From contig CAVPQB010000006.1 in NCBI GenBank assembly GCA_963707505.1, positions 756,581 through 820,580 of the forward strand: 64,000 nucleotides of DNA, in the 5' to 3' direction. The position numbers and the translations under genes were made by a program. Position 1 is the stretch's first letter. Every line of letters begins with the position of its first letter. The notes beneath the pieces are model-generated. The model did no database searches. It saw nothing but the letters and a program-made list of their open reading frames with translations, and was not told the DNA's origin. Origin of the DNA: an uncultured Gemmatimonadales bacterium. Its GTDB lineage: Bacteria; Gemmatimonadota; Gemmatimonadetes; Gemmatimonadales; Gemmatimonadaceae. Shown piece after piece: positions 63,797-64,000 of the stretch.

Positions 63797-64000
63797 CTAG
63801 ATCCAGCCACCATCGATCACATAGCTTTGACTGGTAATCGCAGCACTATCGTCAGACGCCAGAAATAAGACGAGTCGTGCAACATCCTCCGGCGTGATCA
63901 TGCGCTTCAGTGCCTGGGCCGCGAGAATTTGTGCCTGATATTCCTCCGTAAACCATAGCCGCTTCTGGCAGCAATACGTACTTGTTAAGGTACCAAACAT
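63797..64000 (-). CDS. SDR family oxidoreductase, C-terminal part
   Basis: LKRMITPEDVARLVLFLASDDSAAITSQSYVIDGGW. Confidence 0.88.
   Translation of the reverse strand: MFGTLTSTYCCQKRLWFTEEYQAQILAAQALKRMITPEDVARLVLFLASDDSAAITSQSYVIDGGWI

Noticed and set aside
1..64000. rRNA, tRNA or riboswitch genes
   Set aside because: None recognised by eye; a covariance-model search would be needed to exclude them.

Overview
The window appears to be two different genomes joined near 34,895. The left part (1-~34,895) is visibly GC-rich and Gemmatimonadota-like by inference from its Ser/Thr kinase-TPR, DUF5916 and DUF4953-type genes. It is a patchwork of unrelated accessory genes, and most intergenic gaps from 2.4 to 33.9 kb contain an element or scar with GGGG(T/A)C-type terminal inverted repeats (TIRs). 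There are three TIR families. Family A (GGGGTCAGAGTGCACTT) includes two internally deleted RAYT-like Y1 HUH transposase genes and several ~65-bp mini-elements. Family B (GGGGTCAGGTCTTGC) has five co-oriented ~168-bp MITE copies (one partial) that retain the C-terminal helix-turn-helix of a second transposase. Family C is GGGGACGGACTCCG. Many element ends carry a one-sided tandem duplication spanning flank plus TIR tip. Two near-identical MITEs bracket an ArsR/SdpI-like/rhodanese block. A decayed integron cassette with attC sites lies at 31,190-31,918, and paralogues recur (three kinases, four related membrane proteins, two methyltransferase copies). The best candidate for an undescribed system is a TIR/HUH-transposase-driven gene capture and shuffling array; this is an inference, and no intact transposase is present in the window. 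The right part (~34,895-64,000) has lower GC and Acidobacteriota-like genes (PQQ-type quinoprotein with diheme cytochrome c, ADOP permease, two M13 peptidases, LytS/LytTR, Oar-like TonB receptor), no TIR elements that I could find, and many frameshifts that look like read errors. Product calls come from motif recognition by eye, not database searches.
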